Assembly: GCF_006345805.1 (NCBI RefSeq)
Contig: NC_043000.1
Span: 88,040,001 to 88,104,000, forward strand
Reading direction: 5' to 3'
DNA length: 64,000 nucleotides
Source of the DNA: Octopus sinensis
Taxonomy: Eukaryota
Below the pieces are notes generated by a model. That model was not told where the DNA came from and ran no database searches. It was given only the letters and a program-made list of their open reading frames with translations. Shown here piece by piece: positions 38,617 to 50,878 of the stretch. The position numbers and the translations under genes are program-made. The stretch's first letter is position 1, and the number at the start of each line of letters is the position of its first letter.

Positions 38617-39658
38617 GTGAGTATTTATGAGTGTGTGTGTACGTGTGTCTGTGTGTGTAATTGGAGCCTACAATCGAAAAAAAAAAACAACGGTATTTTG
38701 AAACACTTCAATATTTCATCATTTTCAATGCCAGAAGATAGTTACAAAATATGCTTATACATGGAAATAAGAATGAAAAATTTCCTTATACTCACGATTT
38801 CTGTATGTTGACCTCATATGGAACATCATTTTCACAGTTAATAATGGAGTAATGTAACGAGAAATGGTAAGTCGCTTAGTAGAGCAAGATGGATTGAGAA
38901 TCATTCGGGTGAATAATGGTAGAGTGATAAGAGCACCTTTGTGCTACGCGCGAAAATAGTTGTGATCATCAAAAATATTTAACAAACTAAAATTAAGACC
39001 GGAAATAGCATTTAAACTTTGTACCTTGGATACTGTAAGTCATTTGTGAGATATTTCTAAGTTTAAATATAGATGATTCTGATACAAATATTGACTCGCA
39101 GGCAGACAACACATATCTAAATATATTCAATATGAATGTACTTTTAACTGTAAACCTGTGGAAAGGAGACAAAACAACGATGAAAAACTTGGGTAAAATG
39201 GTAGAATTTGGACTTTAAAAGAAGCACCGTTGCTACTGCATTTGAATACACGCCGTTCTAAGACTATGATATTCGGTACTGTGACCATTCCGCGACCACC
39301 TCATTTTGGGCTCAGTCCCACTACACAGAGCCTTGGGGTATTGTCTACTAATAAAGCCTCCGGCCGACCAATGCTGCGTGACTGGATTTGGTATAAGGAA
39401 ACTGAAAATTCGCCGTATGTAAGTATGTATGTATGTATTTATGTATGTATGTATGATGTATGTATGTATGTATGTATGTATGTATGTATGTATGTATGTG
39501 TGTGTGTGTATGTATGTATGTGTGTATGTGTGTATGTATGTGTGTGTGTACGCGTGTGTATATGTATATGTATGTATGCATGCATATATATATACGTATG
39601 TATGTGTGGGTACATATGTATATGTGTGTATGTATATGTATGTATGTATGTATGTATG

Positions 39659-39713
<55 letters not shown>

Positions 39714-42700
39714 GTACATAATGACCGTGTATACATATATGTATTTGTGCTCGTTCCTGCACCGCATCAGAACCGGTGTTGAATTGTTTACATCTCAGTA
39801 GCTTAGCAGTTTGGCAAAAAGACTGATAAACAAGTAGCATACTTAAAATAATTATTAGGGTCGATGGTATTCCAGCAAGGCAGCAGCTCAATGACTGAAA
39901 CAAGCAAAAGGGTTAAACAATGAAAAAGATATGCCTGTGCCTTGTTGTTACTTGGCTCCAGGGTGACCCTTACCGAGCGGACCTTTGTATTAAAGAGTTC
40001 CAGCCATAGAAATCTCACCTTTTCTCTTCGTACATATTGTACCCAAGACAACGTAATGCAATGCTTCATTTTTAAGACGGCAGGAGGTAATTTGAGGTAG
40101 GTTTGGCTGTTATTTTTGAGCAAGTCCGACCACTGCACTCATTAAAGTCTCTAGTTCCAGTTACATTTACCCATTTTTCTAAAAATCCATTCTCCTAAAA
40201 CCTTGGTCTGCCAACGAAGAATTCTATGAATAAAGTTTCAGTTAAATATTTTATACTGAGCAAGATTAATATTTTTCAGAAGAAAACATCTTCCATTCTA
40301 AGCGCAGAATTAATGATTTCTTCAGAGGAGAATGACAATAAACTGAAATAACGGATTTTATAAACTTACTGCTCATACTTAAATACAGTTTATTTTGCAA
40401 TGTCTTTAACTGGAGTGCCAGCAGGTCATGCATAACAAGACTATTACAACAGAAATATGGACAAAGATACTAAGTAATACTAAGTAAGATCGTTTTTATT
40501 TACGCTTCCTATATGACCATCTTATAAACCGTCGATCGACTGCTTTGTACTAAGAACGATAAAACTTTACATTCTCGGAAAATAAATGACATAAGGAAAG
40601 TTTCCACTTCATTGAAAATGTTACCAAATGTTGTAAATCTTATCGAAAAAATAAATTCTTTTAAATTCCTGGTTTCCAGCCCCTTGTTTGTTTCACGTCA
40701 ATAAAAATAACAATATTTACGAGTTTTTACTGTATTTTCTGTTTCTTTTTCTAATACTTAACATGGAGAAATGCATTTACTTCAACTCATGATCCGTTTC
40801 CCAATAGAAGCGTTCAATTGTAAATCTAAGCTATTTCACCTCTCATGTAAATCAGTCTTTAATGCTACATTGTTGGATTAAAAGCTGACTAGAGTTTAAG
40901 GATAACATCAAGATTTTATTATATTTTAAACTTAAATGACCTGTGCACTTTATGTTAAACTCCGATCGTAACTTCACTAATGTTTCTGAAATAGTATTTG
41001 AGTCAATGCAATTCAAAGAATTCATATTTATAGTAGAAAAAAAACGTTAGGAATTGAATTATCGCTAAAGATAAAATCAATTTACTTCTATCGCATGTAA
41101 TGTTGCGATTGCTTGAAAACCTATTGGAAACAGTATATTACTTGTTAATAAGATTTAATCAATAACAACCCATAAAACAGCTTTATTTTGCACTTGATTT
41201 ACACAATCTACTTCAGAGATATTTCTGATTTTAATGTTCTGCATTAAATCTATTTAAAAGCAAATTATTGAGATATAATAAATCTAAAGAGACATGAGAA
41301 AATATTTGAAAATTCAATTCTTAATGCTACACAATGTTGACAATAGTTTACAGTAAGGTCAACCGGGCAGGGTGTAAAGAAATAGTGGAGGGTGAACGGT
41401 AAATATAACGGAAAAAGATCTTAAGCACAAATCGAAGTTATTGTAAAATTAGCTTTCGAAAAGAAAAGCAATTTTTGTTTGGGAGGTTGCTTTTGTTTCG
41501 TTCCGCCCAAAACATAACATTAAAGTCTCTAGCATAGTTTAAATGTGGGGGCGATCCGCTTTGGGTAACTGTTTTTAGTATTACACTTTCTGTCGCTGGC
41601 CGCCATGATATGTTATTCGTGGTGGAGGAAGCAAACTCGAGGACCACCTGGTCGAAGCAAACTTGAACTACCATTGATTAAAGTGAATCATTTCCAAAAT
41701 TACGATGGTCTGTAGCATAGTGTTTTATCTCCAAAATGTTCAGGCGCACATTATGACTCTCTAATGTAAAACTAAAAACTAAATTATATGAAATGTATAT
41801 AGATATGAGGAAATTATATTACTGATATTGCTAAGTCGATATTTAATTTTCCAGTAGAATGTTAATTGTTACATAATAATGTTCTCCTTCTACAAAAAAA
41901 AAAAAAATGGCCTCTCATATATTTTTGTTTTATATTTCGGCAACTAACATGACAGCTATCTTGCTACGTTGTTACAATGGCCTCTCAAATAAATTTATTT
42001 TGTAACGTATTCTGAATATGATTTGAAATTGTTTTGAGTTTATTTGATATTGAATGATATTTGGGAATTCTTGACGAGGCTATTTTGATCAATGTAGTGT
42101 CTTTGAGTAGATTTTTATTGAAAATTTAATACAAAGAAATTAGTTAAATTCCTTACGGCATAATCTGAAACGTAAAGCAACAAAATGCGTATTGACAAAT
42201 TGTAAATGCAAATGAAGAAAAAAGTATTAGAATCGATTCGTTTTAACATGCATTAATACATGATTATTCCTGGATTACAAATAAGAGGTAAAAACTCTCT
42301 TAGACAATTGAAAACATTCTGTTGCACTTGGCCATGGACAATATCAACGAAAGAATTATAAAACGTAATATATTTTTGGATATTGATTCACGAGTCTGAA
42401 ATCATCCGATGAAATTTGAAGTAAAAAATTGCAGATTCCAATTAATTACATTTATTATTTCCCATGAAGTGAATTATATAAACTTATGTATTGCATTTCG
42501 TAACTAATTATCTGCATTTGTATTCTGAAGTATAGTATTATGATAACGTTAAAAAAAACAATATCTCAGCAGCATGTGATATGAAATAAATGAAATATAG
42601 TTCTTTTTGAATTGTAGAACAGCTTAATATATCATACCATTTCCTAAATATCAAGTTTACACTAGTCGTTGATATTCTAGTTATTATAGATAAGATATTG

Positions 42701-44652
42701 CTGAAAGATAAGGCACGAATACATTTGTTTTCTCAACTGATAATTTAGAGCAGCGTATAAAATATAAGGTTATTGATATCAAGGAAGGTAATATGAAATT
42801 ATGATACATTTTATCAAAAAAAAAAAACACAAACTTCAGTCTGTATTTTATACTTGTGTGTTATTTTTGTATACACATTTATTAAACAAATAATCATATT
42901 TGTGCGTTTGCATGCAATACACGGAATGAGCAAAGTGTAATTCTACGTAAAAGACAAAGAGATTAAGAATTAAACAAAAAAATATAGAAACGAAAGAAAC
43001 CCAAAACGAACTAGGAAACGTCACTGAATGAAGATTAGGTCATAACAAGAATTACGACAACCTTCCACACAGGCTCTTACCTTCTTCAGACTGCAACATC
43101 TAGGCAACATTACAGATTGGACATCTCATTCACATCAATCTCGAGTCTTCTAACTTTTCATTAAATTCACTTAACGCCAGACTCCCTTCTTTCTGTACAC
43201 TTACCTTCTACTCATAGGGATATTCGAAGTTTATGAGGTCTTTGTCGAAGAGCTAGAGTCCTGTTCTCAATCATTTCATACGTGTCCACCATTAAATCTC
43301 TTTTGACATAGCCAATAAATCTGAGGAAATCTGATTGCCTCTCCTTTCCAAAGGAGGGAGATAAGTGATATTTGTAAGGTTTCGGTTGAGAGTCGGATTT
43401 GTACAGCATGAGCTAACAGCCCCTCGACATGGCTACACTGATTAGCAATGGTCAGACTCTGAACAAATACGAGGAGAACGATTTCATTGCTATTAGCTAA
43501 TTAATCTCCAGGAGACAGAACAATGGGGAAGCACTGTTGCACGGGGCTCCTAATAACTTATTTTCAGGAAGGATACGCCATTTCCTGAGTTGTGACTAGT
43601 GATAAGCTATCTCCCTAGCTGTCCTTTCTTCTTTTTCCTAGCCTTTAGAGAGACTTCAAGAGGCTTTCACTTGGCCACTTCTACAGCACCATCTCATGCC
43701 ATGAGCATCGACAACTTCAACTGGGTACAGCTTTGGTGTGATTTTGTAACTTTCGGGTGTCAGAACTTGAACGCTCACCTTGGCTCCTGACTACTTTTCT
43801 TCAATATTGTGATCATCGTCCCAACATTAATGTAATGCAAGAGTGACGATCTGTCATTTTTCAAAATCTTAATCGTCACACCAATACTTGAAATAGAGAA
43901 AACGTATGGGTGGAAGAATGTCTGAATGTTTTAGCCTGTGTTTTTGATAAAGTATTTAGTCCTGAAAGTACAGCAGAAAGTACCATAAATCAATCGAGAG
44001 AATATTTACCGATACTTCTTTATTTCCTTTTCGGCTGATTCGACGCGAGTTAGAAACCGCTGCATTCCTTCTTAAGACAGAACTTTGTAAATTTTCTTTT
44101 TGCTCTCCTTAGATTACATCTTGGGGCTTTACGCAGTTCTCACAGCTATTATTTTTTTTCTAGGAACTGGACCAAGTGTAATAACTGTCTGTTCGGTTAT
44201 GAAGGCAAAACTAACTTCTTTCATATTACTGCTTATGCGAGTGTCACTGTCGTTACCGTTATAGTGAAAACTAACTGTAAAACTGCTCGAAATAATTTCT
44301 TTATCAACTAAAACATTCTTTTCAATGTTCATTAACATTTCTATTTCTGTAAGTGTTTATGCTGGCGTATAATTTGTTTCGCGTCGTCTTTTTACTATTT
44401 TGTGCATATGTTGAGGTGAGTGTCAAGTAGAGATTTTGGCGTGAAATGTTAAAATGTCAAATCAAATGCAATAAAAATGTCATTACTGATAAACTTTCTT
44501 GGTTCATCGACGCATATCAGGGCAGACATCCATAGATAACAATAGTTTGTTTTTGAAAGTACTCTATCGAAGTTATTTTCTGTTGGTAACGCTTGAAATA
44601 GAGTTGAGTCTAGGAGCGAGGAAAGAAATTCACTTCTAAATGCTACAATACT

Positions 44653-44805
<153 letters not shown>

Positions 44806-44931
44806 TATATATATATATATATCTACCCCCTCTCTCTCTATATATATATTAATAGTAAAGGGTAAAATCAGTAATAATTTTACCAGGTAGCCAGTGCGGA
44901 AATAAAAATCTTATAGGTAAATTTTACAAAA

Positions 44932-45510
44932 TCTATTATATAAAATCCGTTCGGTCTGTCTGTCTGTGTGTCTTCTAGGATTTCGGGCATCCTCCATCCG
45001 ATTGCGCTCAAATTTGATATGTAGATACCGACGGTATCAGGGCGTGTATAAGTCTTGAAAAAATGACAAAAATCGATTCCAAGTGAGAATGCGATCGATA
45101 AAGCCATGGGAACGTGCATTTGTACGCGCAAGTACATCAGCTGTTGCGATCGATACTACGCGTACGCGAGAAAAATGCACGTGCAATTTGCACAGACGTT
45201 CTCGAGGCAAAAGTTATTACGGGTCAAGGAGCAGGGGACGTTGTTTTTATTTCCCGCATGCCATTGATTCCGTCGGACTGTGTTTACCCGATGAAACGCG
45301 TTCAATTCCCTATTCGCCTGAGCTTCGCGATGACCATCACCAAAGCACAGGGGCAGTCATTGAAAGTCGTGGGGCTGGACCTCAGCACTCCCTGCTTTTC
45401 GCACGGACAGCTGTTCAACAAACCTTTTCTACTACGCTCCAGACGGAGTAACAAGGAATGTGGTTTACAAGGCTGCGCTCCATTAGCTTTTCCATACCCT
45501 TAAGCATCCC
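44932..45510 (+). mobile_element. Helitron deletion derivative: 5' TC end fused to the C-terminus of a PIF1-like helicase
   Basis: A|TCTATTATATAAA..GTCTGTCTG 5' end. VFISRMPLIPSD..MKRVQFPIRLSFAMTITKAQGQSLKVVGLDLSTPCFSHGQL, then TRNVVYKAAL*. The 3' end was not located. Confidence 0.9.
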
Positions 45511-45835
45511 GTAAAGTAAGTTAGCTTAAAATTAGTTACTTAAGTTCCCTAGGTTGTTGCTTTTCATCAAAAATCGCTCCAAGTTGATTTCCTACACGTT
45601 TTATCGGATAAACTTATTATTGTCCCAGGTACGTTCTCATAAATTCATCATGCTTTTCTATCTAGATTTACCTCCAGCTAACCCATTTGCATGAATCGTT
45701 TTTGTGTTTCTCAATGGGGAGGCGTATGGGACGGTCGGACAAGTTGTTTTAGAAAATTTGGTTTAAATGTTTGCCAACTCAGCACCGTCCATTAGACGGG
45801 GGGGGGGAGGCGTTTTGATCGTATTTTATAATTAC

Positions 45836-46310
45836 ATGCATAATTATAACAAGGGGTCGGCTTTATGTCTTACCACGCACCGTAAGAAATAGACGCTAAA
45901 GTCTTTTTTATTGCCTTAAAATCTCCGAGAATAACACACTTTATTGTAGGCAAGCAAAAGAAAAATAATGAATCAATAAGGCTGATTAACTATGGACGCG
46001 TTTCGAACTTAAAGCAAAGAATAATTTTCTTACTGTTACTCTTCTGCATAGTATATCGTATAAGTTCACGGGTATTTCAAATTATGCACGCGGTCAGCGT
46101 GATTGTATGACCAATATCTATCCACAGTCGTAAAAGTATACTGCCGAGTATTATTCAGATCAGCCTTATTGATTCATTATTTTTTCTTTTGCTTGCCTAC
46201 AATGAAGTGTGTTATTCTCGGAGATTTTAAGTTAGTAAAAAAGACTTAAGCGTCTATTTCTTACTGTGCGTGGTAAGACATAAAGCCAACCCCTTGTTAT
46301 AATTATGTAT
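45836..46310. repeat. Inverted repeat (~150-bp arms) enclosing a hammerhead motif
   Basis: 45836-45986 is the reverse complement of 46159-46310 (roughly 90% identical). Confidence 0.9.
45989..46052 (-). ncRNA. Minimal hammerhead ribozyme motif with one core substitution (CAGAAGA)
   Basis: ACTATG-CAGAAGA-stem II-GAAA-CGCG-TC-CATAGT: 6-bp stem I, palindromic ACGCGT stem III, GUC site, U4 replaced by A. Confidence 0.55.
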
Positions 46311-46335
46311 ATAATTATAAGATATTATAACTATC

Positions 46336-46389
<54 letters not shown>

Positions 46390-46422
46390 AAATATATCTA
46401 TCTATCTATCTATCTATAAATA

Positions 46423-46455
<33 letters not shown>

Positions 46456-46458
46456 CTC

Positions 46459-46550
<92 letters not shown>

Positions 46551-46991
46551 CAGGACGGGCTTCCACAATTTCTGTCTAAAATATTTACTCTCAAAACTAA
46601 CGTAGAAGACACTCGCTTAAAGTGCCGCGCTGTGAGACTGAGTCCAGAACAGATGTTTTTGCAAAGAATTTTGAAATGTTATTGTCATAGAATTAGAGGC
46701 ACTAATATTTTATTGTAGATCTTAGCATATGAGATACTGTGATAATATATATAATAAACCTAACACTTCTTTTTTTTTAATCTCTTCTTAATAAAATCTG
46801 TTATAAATGTTGGTTGTTTACTTGGCTGATTGATCCAGTCATGTTTAACATTGAAGAGAGAGAGAGAGAGAGAGAGCAAAAGATAGGTACGGAGAAAATT
46901 AACGCAAGAAGTGCAAGGTGAGTGCACATACTTAAAGCGGTGGTACTTAATGAGTAAAAGATTGCTACATACACATTGAGAGAAAAATATC

Positions 46992-47026
<35 letters not shown>

Positions 47027-47399
47027 GAGGGAGAGAGGGGAGTAAATAGAGAGAAGGAAGAGAGAGAGAGAGAGAGAGTAGATCACAAAACATTTATTGG
47101 AGGAGTTATACAAGTGGGAAATAAGGAGTAGTTCTCCATAGACAAAATGCAGAAGCTGTTAGTGTATTAATGTTTGTATATGTCGGAACATATTGAGGAT
47201 GAATATGTAGTTCATTGTTTAGTTTCATTTAATTTCAATTCATGGTGATAAAAATTTGTCTTTTGAAAATTAGTATTCGTTTCATCATTCTGTATAAGCA
47301 CAAGGAAATTTGATGAAATTTAAATGATAATGAGAAATTGAAAACATCTAAAATGAGATACTTTTTCACTCACCTTTGGTGCATGTAGCTTTAGCCAAA

Positions 47400-47760
47400 C
47401 GGCATTGATGTCCAACGGTTGTTTCCAACAGTGTCCACCGATCATCGAGTGTTTCCACCCTGAACCATAACACCCTTCCGCTGGTGCGTCAGCAGAGGTA
47501 GCAAAATCACTGCTCATCTTCTCTGGCCTTCCAACTTAACTCTTCTCTCTTGCTCCATGGCCAGAAAGAGGCTCTTTCCGTTGTCTCTCCAATCTGGTGC
47601 ATTGCTATCTTTCGCTCTTTTCCTCTTATTCCAGTGGATATAAGCATTTCCCATACTAACTGGGCAGGGAATTTCTTACAGCCAAATCTCGACTGAGCAT
47701 AATCATGACTGCCATTCCTTCACCCTGCAATGTTGCACCATGCTTCCATTTAAATGTTTG
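47400..47760 (-). mobile_element. 3' fragment of a HERO-like RLE non-LTR retrotransposon
   Basis: LVQHCRVKEWQS*LCSVEI..C..FPAQLVWEMLISTGIRGKERKIAMHQIGETTERASFWPWSKRE resembles, from recall, the HERO C-terminus (VEVGCRGFPAQS..L..LGI.G..R..A..AAE.AS.WLW.KR). Confidence 0.6.
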
Positions 47761-49344
47761 ATCTCACCCTTCTTCCCACGGGACCGTAAGCTCGAACTGG
47801 ATTATTTTTCTCTACTCTTTCAAACCTCAAAACCACATATTTTCAAACAACATCCAGAGTGACAAAAGTATACTTTAGATGTTACCCACCATCATTTGAC
47901 GGGTAATACGCTAATAGTTTATTAATCTCGAATGCCTTTTGTTGCATTTACTATAGAGTAGAAAAAAATAACAATGTTACAAGAACAATGGCGTACTTGT
48001 AACTATTTCACTATTTAACTGAAATAGCTATTGACAGAAATCGAAAGCATTGTTAATTGAAGTCGCTTGAAGATCACACTTTCATTTCGGTGCAAGTAAT
48101 ACGCTATGATATAAATCAACATGTTTAATTATACCCAAAGTTTGTTTCATTCAGCTCCTTCGTTGTCACTGCGAAATGAATGCTTAATATCAATCACTCT
48201 TCTGAGGTGTGATATCAGAGTTGACGCATGACTAGATGCATTGGATATCAGTATATCGAAATGTTTCAGTAAAAACAATAATTTAACATGATTAACCTCA
48301 GGCTATTGAAGCGTCAAATAATAGAACGATTCCCTATGATATTAATTATTTAATTTTGTTTGCTGTATTGATAAATTCATATCTTTTTGCGGAAGCAGCT
48401 AATTTCAACGAGAAGTTATTGAAATAGAATTTGATTAAAGAAAATTAGCGCCTATACACCTGACATAATTATAGATTTTGCAAAACAAAGATAAAAGGAA
48501 AGAAAAATAAAACGCTTTGAAACAATTTCCAGCGCTTAAATGAAATTATTTGTAAGTTAAATCTTAAATATTTATTGTAGAAGATTGTTCAAAGGTTGCT
48601 AGAATGGAAAATAAATCTGATTAGCGTTCGAAATGGAGATGTCACGTAATCTTAAATCTCAACTTCATGTCAGTATGATTGTGTTAATTTTAGCAGAATT
48701 AAATCTTTTCGATTAAATATTCTCAATTCATTTGTTGTTTTTATGTTTGGGAACATTATATTAACCCGTTGAACAACAACACAAATACTTATGTCTCTCA
48801 TAATGTTTTACCAGCTGCATATGGAAAAAATTGCCTTTGGGTATAAATCATGGTGAGATTAAATCATATCACTTACTGCAATGGTTCACAAAGGGTGCAA
48901 CGCGAGAAAATGGCAAGTGTGAAAGATAGTTTCAAGAATAATTTGCATTTCTTTTGTAAGATTCCTGTTCGATAAAATGCTTAGCGGTACTTCTTTCGAC
49001 TCTTTACGTTCTAAGTTCAAATTCCTTTGCTTTACATCCCTTCGGGGTTGATAAAATAAGAACCAGTCGAGCGTTGGTATATATATTTAACCGGTGCGCA
49101 TTCAAAGCAATGAATAGTAACTTACGAAACCGTGGTATGCTTGAATCTCTTTAATAATCTCATAATAATGACTTTTATTACTTTTATTCCTACCTCAGTT
49201 CATCTAATTGTATATATCTATCGTTACTTTTCATAAAAAGCCTTTACTTTTTTTTTATTTACAATGTGCATTTTCGTTGATTTTTCTTACTTTCCCCTTA
49301 CATTACCACGTGTAGTTTCTATTTTCCTTTTGTAACATATTTCT

Positions 49345-49430
<86 letters not shown>

Positions 49431-49439
49431 CATTTAATT

Positions 49440-50090
49440 TATTCATAGGTAGATATTTAACTCAATTTTCAGACGGTGCTGAGAAAAATCCGACTGTATG
49501 CCGTGATCTAGAATTGCCGTTTGAAAAGACTTCAGAAGAAGACTCATTGAATTCTACATTAATATCAGATTCTCACCGCACGCTCGAAAAGGTTTGTGAA
49601 AATTATATATAGTTATGAGTTTCGGTTTCTCATATACTAGAGATAAAAAACCATCCCATTCTATATGTTGATATTGTTGTGAAAAACTGGATAAAAAGTG
49701 TCACCAACAGAAATATTAGCGATCAGGGATTGAAAAAAACAAGTCACAGTTTCAGATTATTTGCAGAATGCGTCTTCCAAAGTGGGTAGAGTAATTGCTC
49801 AACAAGAAAACCATACATAATAAGGTGGAAAAGTGATTCAGTTTTCCTGATTTTAAAAACTTTCTTTGATACTGAGTGAAAAGTTGCGAAATTTCTTTTG
49901 TGTACTAGTACAATTCGCAGAAGAATTATTGAGATAGCAGTTGATATTGAGAAACCTGTTTCCGAAACTATGAAGAATTCTAAAATAGAATCGACCAACG
50001 TTGCTAGAAAAGCACAGATCTTAGTGGGTTAGTAATAGGAGATTTATTCACAATGAAATAATCGCACAAGGATTGTTAGAGGTGCAGCAG
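49440..50090 (+). mobile_element. Degenerate hAT (Charlie/Buster-like) transposase fragment
   Basis: ASSKVGRVIAQQENHT (cf. ASYKVA.LIAK.KKPHT) and STIRRRIIEIAVDIEK (cf. TV.RRI.DMA.DI). Confidence 0.7.
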
Positions 50091-50132
50091 TTCTTAGCAA
50101 ATAATATTCAACAAGCAGTACTTATCAAGCTG

Positions 50133-50410
50133 GCCTAGTGGTTAGAGCAGCAGACTCGCGGTCGAGGGATTGTGGGTTCGAATCCCAGACCGGGCGATGT
50201 GTGTGTTTATGAGCGAAACGCTTAAGCTCCACACGGCTCTTGCAGAAGGTAATGACTCTTTCGCCACAACTTTCTCTCACTCTTTCCTCTTGCTTCTTGC
50301 AGCTTAACTGCTACGGACCGGTGTCCCGTCCAGGTGGGGAAGCTATACGCCAAGGAAACCGGGAAACCGGCCCTTATGAGCCAGGCAAGGCTCGAGAATT
50401 AACAAAAAAA
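50133..50410 (+). mobile_element. tRNA-derived SINE family C with 13-bp TSD
   Basis: A box TGGCCTAGTGGTTAG, B box GGTTCGAATCCC and an A-rich tail. ACTTATCAAGCTG occurs at 50120-50132 and 50411-50423. Confidence 0.85.
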
Positions 50411-50742
50411 ACTTATCAAGCTGTGCTCGTCAAAAAATGCTCATTAAATAGCATTTAGAAGGCAGTACTCATCAAATATTGTTCGTGACTCAGTATTCAA
50501 GAAAATGTACTCATGAAGTAATACCTGCTAACAGTCCCCATTAAACAGTGCTAATCAAGCAGTACTCATCATAATGCTTTTCTACCAATGTCAGTCGATT
50601 CGAATTTAAATTTCTTCATACTACTGGAAACATATTTCTCAATATTAGCAGATATGTTAACTACTATTCTACAAATTGTACTATCACATAACTTTACATT
50701 ATTTACATTCGACGGATATTTCTCCTCATCTTGTTTGTTGTT

Positions 50743-50788
50743 AACACAACGTTTCGACTGATATACCCTCCAGCCTTCTTCAGGTGTC
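50743..50788 (-). ncRNA. Minimal type I hammerhead ribozyme motif in a PLE-type terminal repeat
   Basis: GACAC-CTGAAGA-A-GGCTG(GAGGGTATAT)CAGTC-GAAA-CG-TT-GTGTT. Palindromic AACGTT stem III and GUU site. Confidence 0.6.
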
Positions 50789-50835
50789 TTGGGAAAATTT
50801 CGAACCTGGGTTCTCATTCCTAAGGTATTCTTCGA

Positions 50836-50876
<41 letters not shown>

Positions 50877-50878
<2 letters not shown>

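Noticed and set aside
39920-40440. Several short open frames with plausible splice sites
   Set aside because: Phases are incompatible between candidates and no homology is recognisable.
43100-43409. Strong minus-strand donors AAG|GTAAGT/GTAAGA and a 65-aa ORF
   Set aside because: The peptide (RDLMVDTYEMI...RPHKL) resembles a decayed CR1 C-terminus, so it is more likely a LINE relic.
49465-49580. Plus-strand exon-like segment with good acceptor and donor
   Set aside because: It is contiguous with the hAT transposase remnant and is probably its degenerate N-terminal zinc-finger region.
50133-50205. tRNA gene
   Set aside because: It has A and B boxes but no complete cloverleaf, and continues into a SINE body with tail and TSD.
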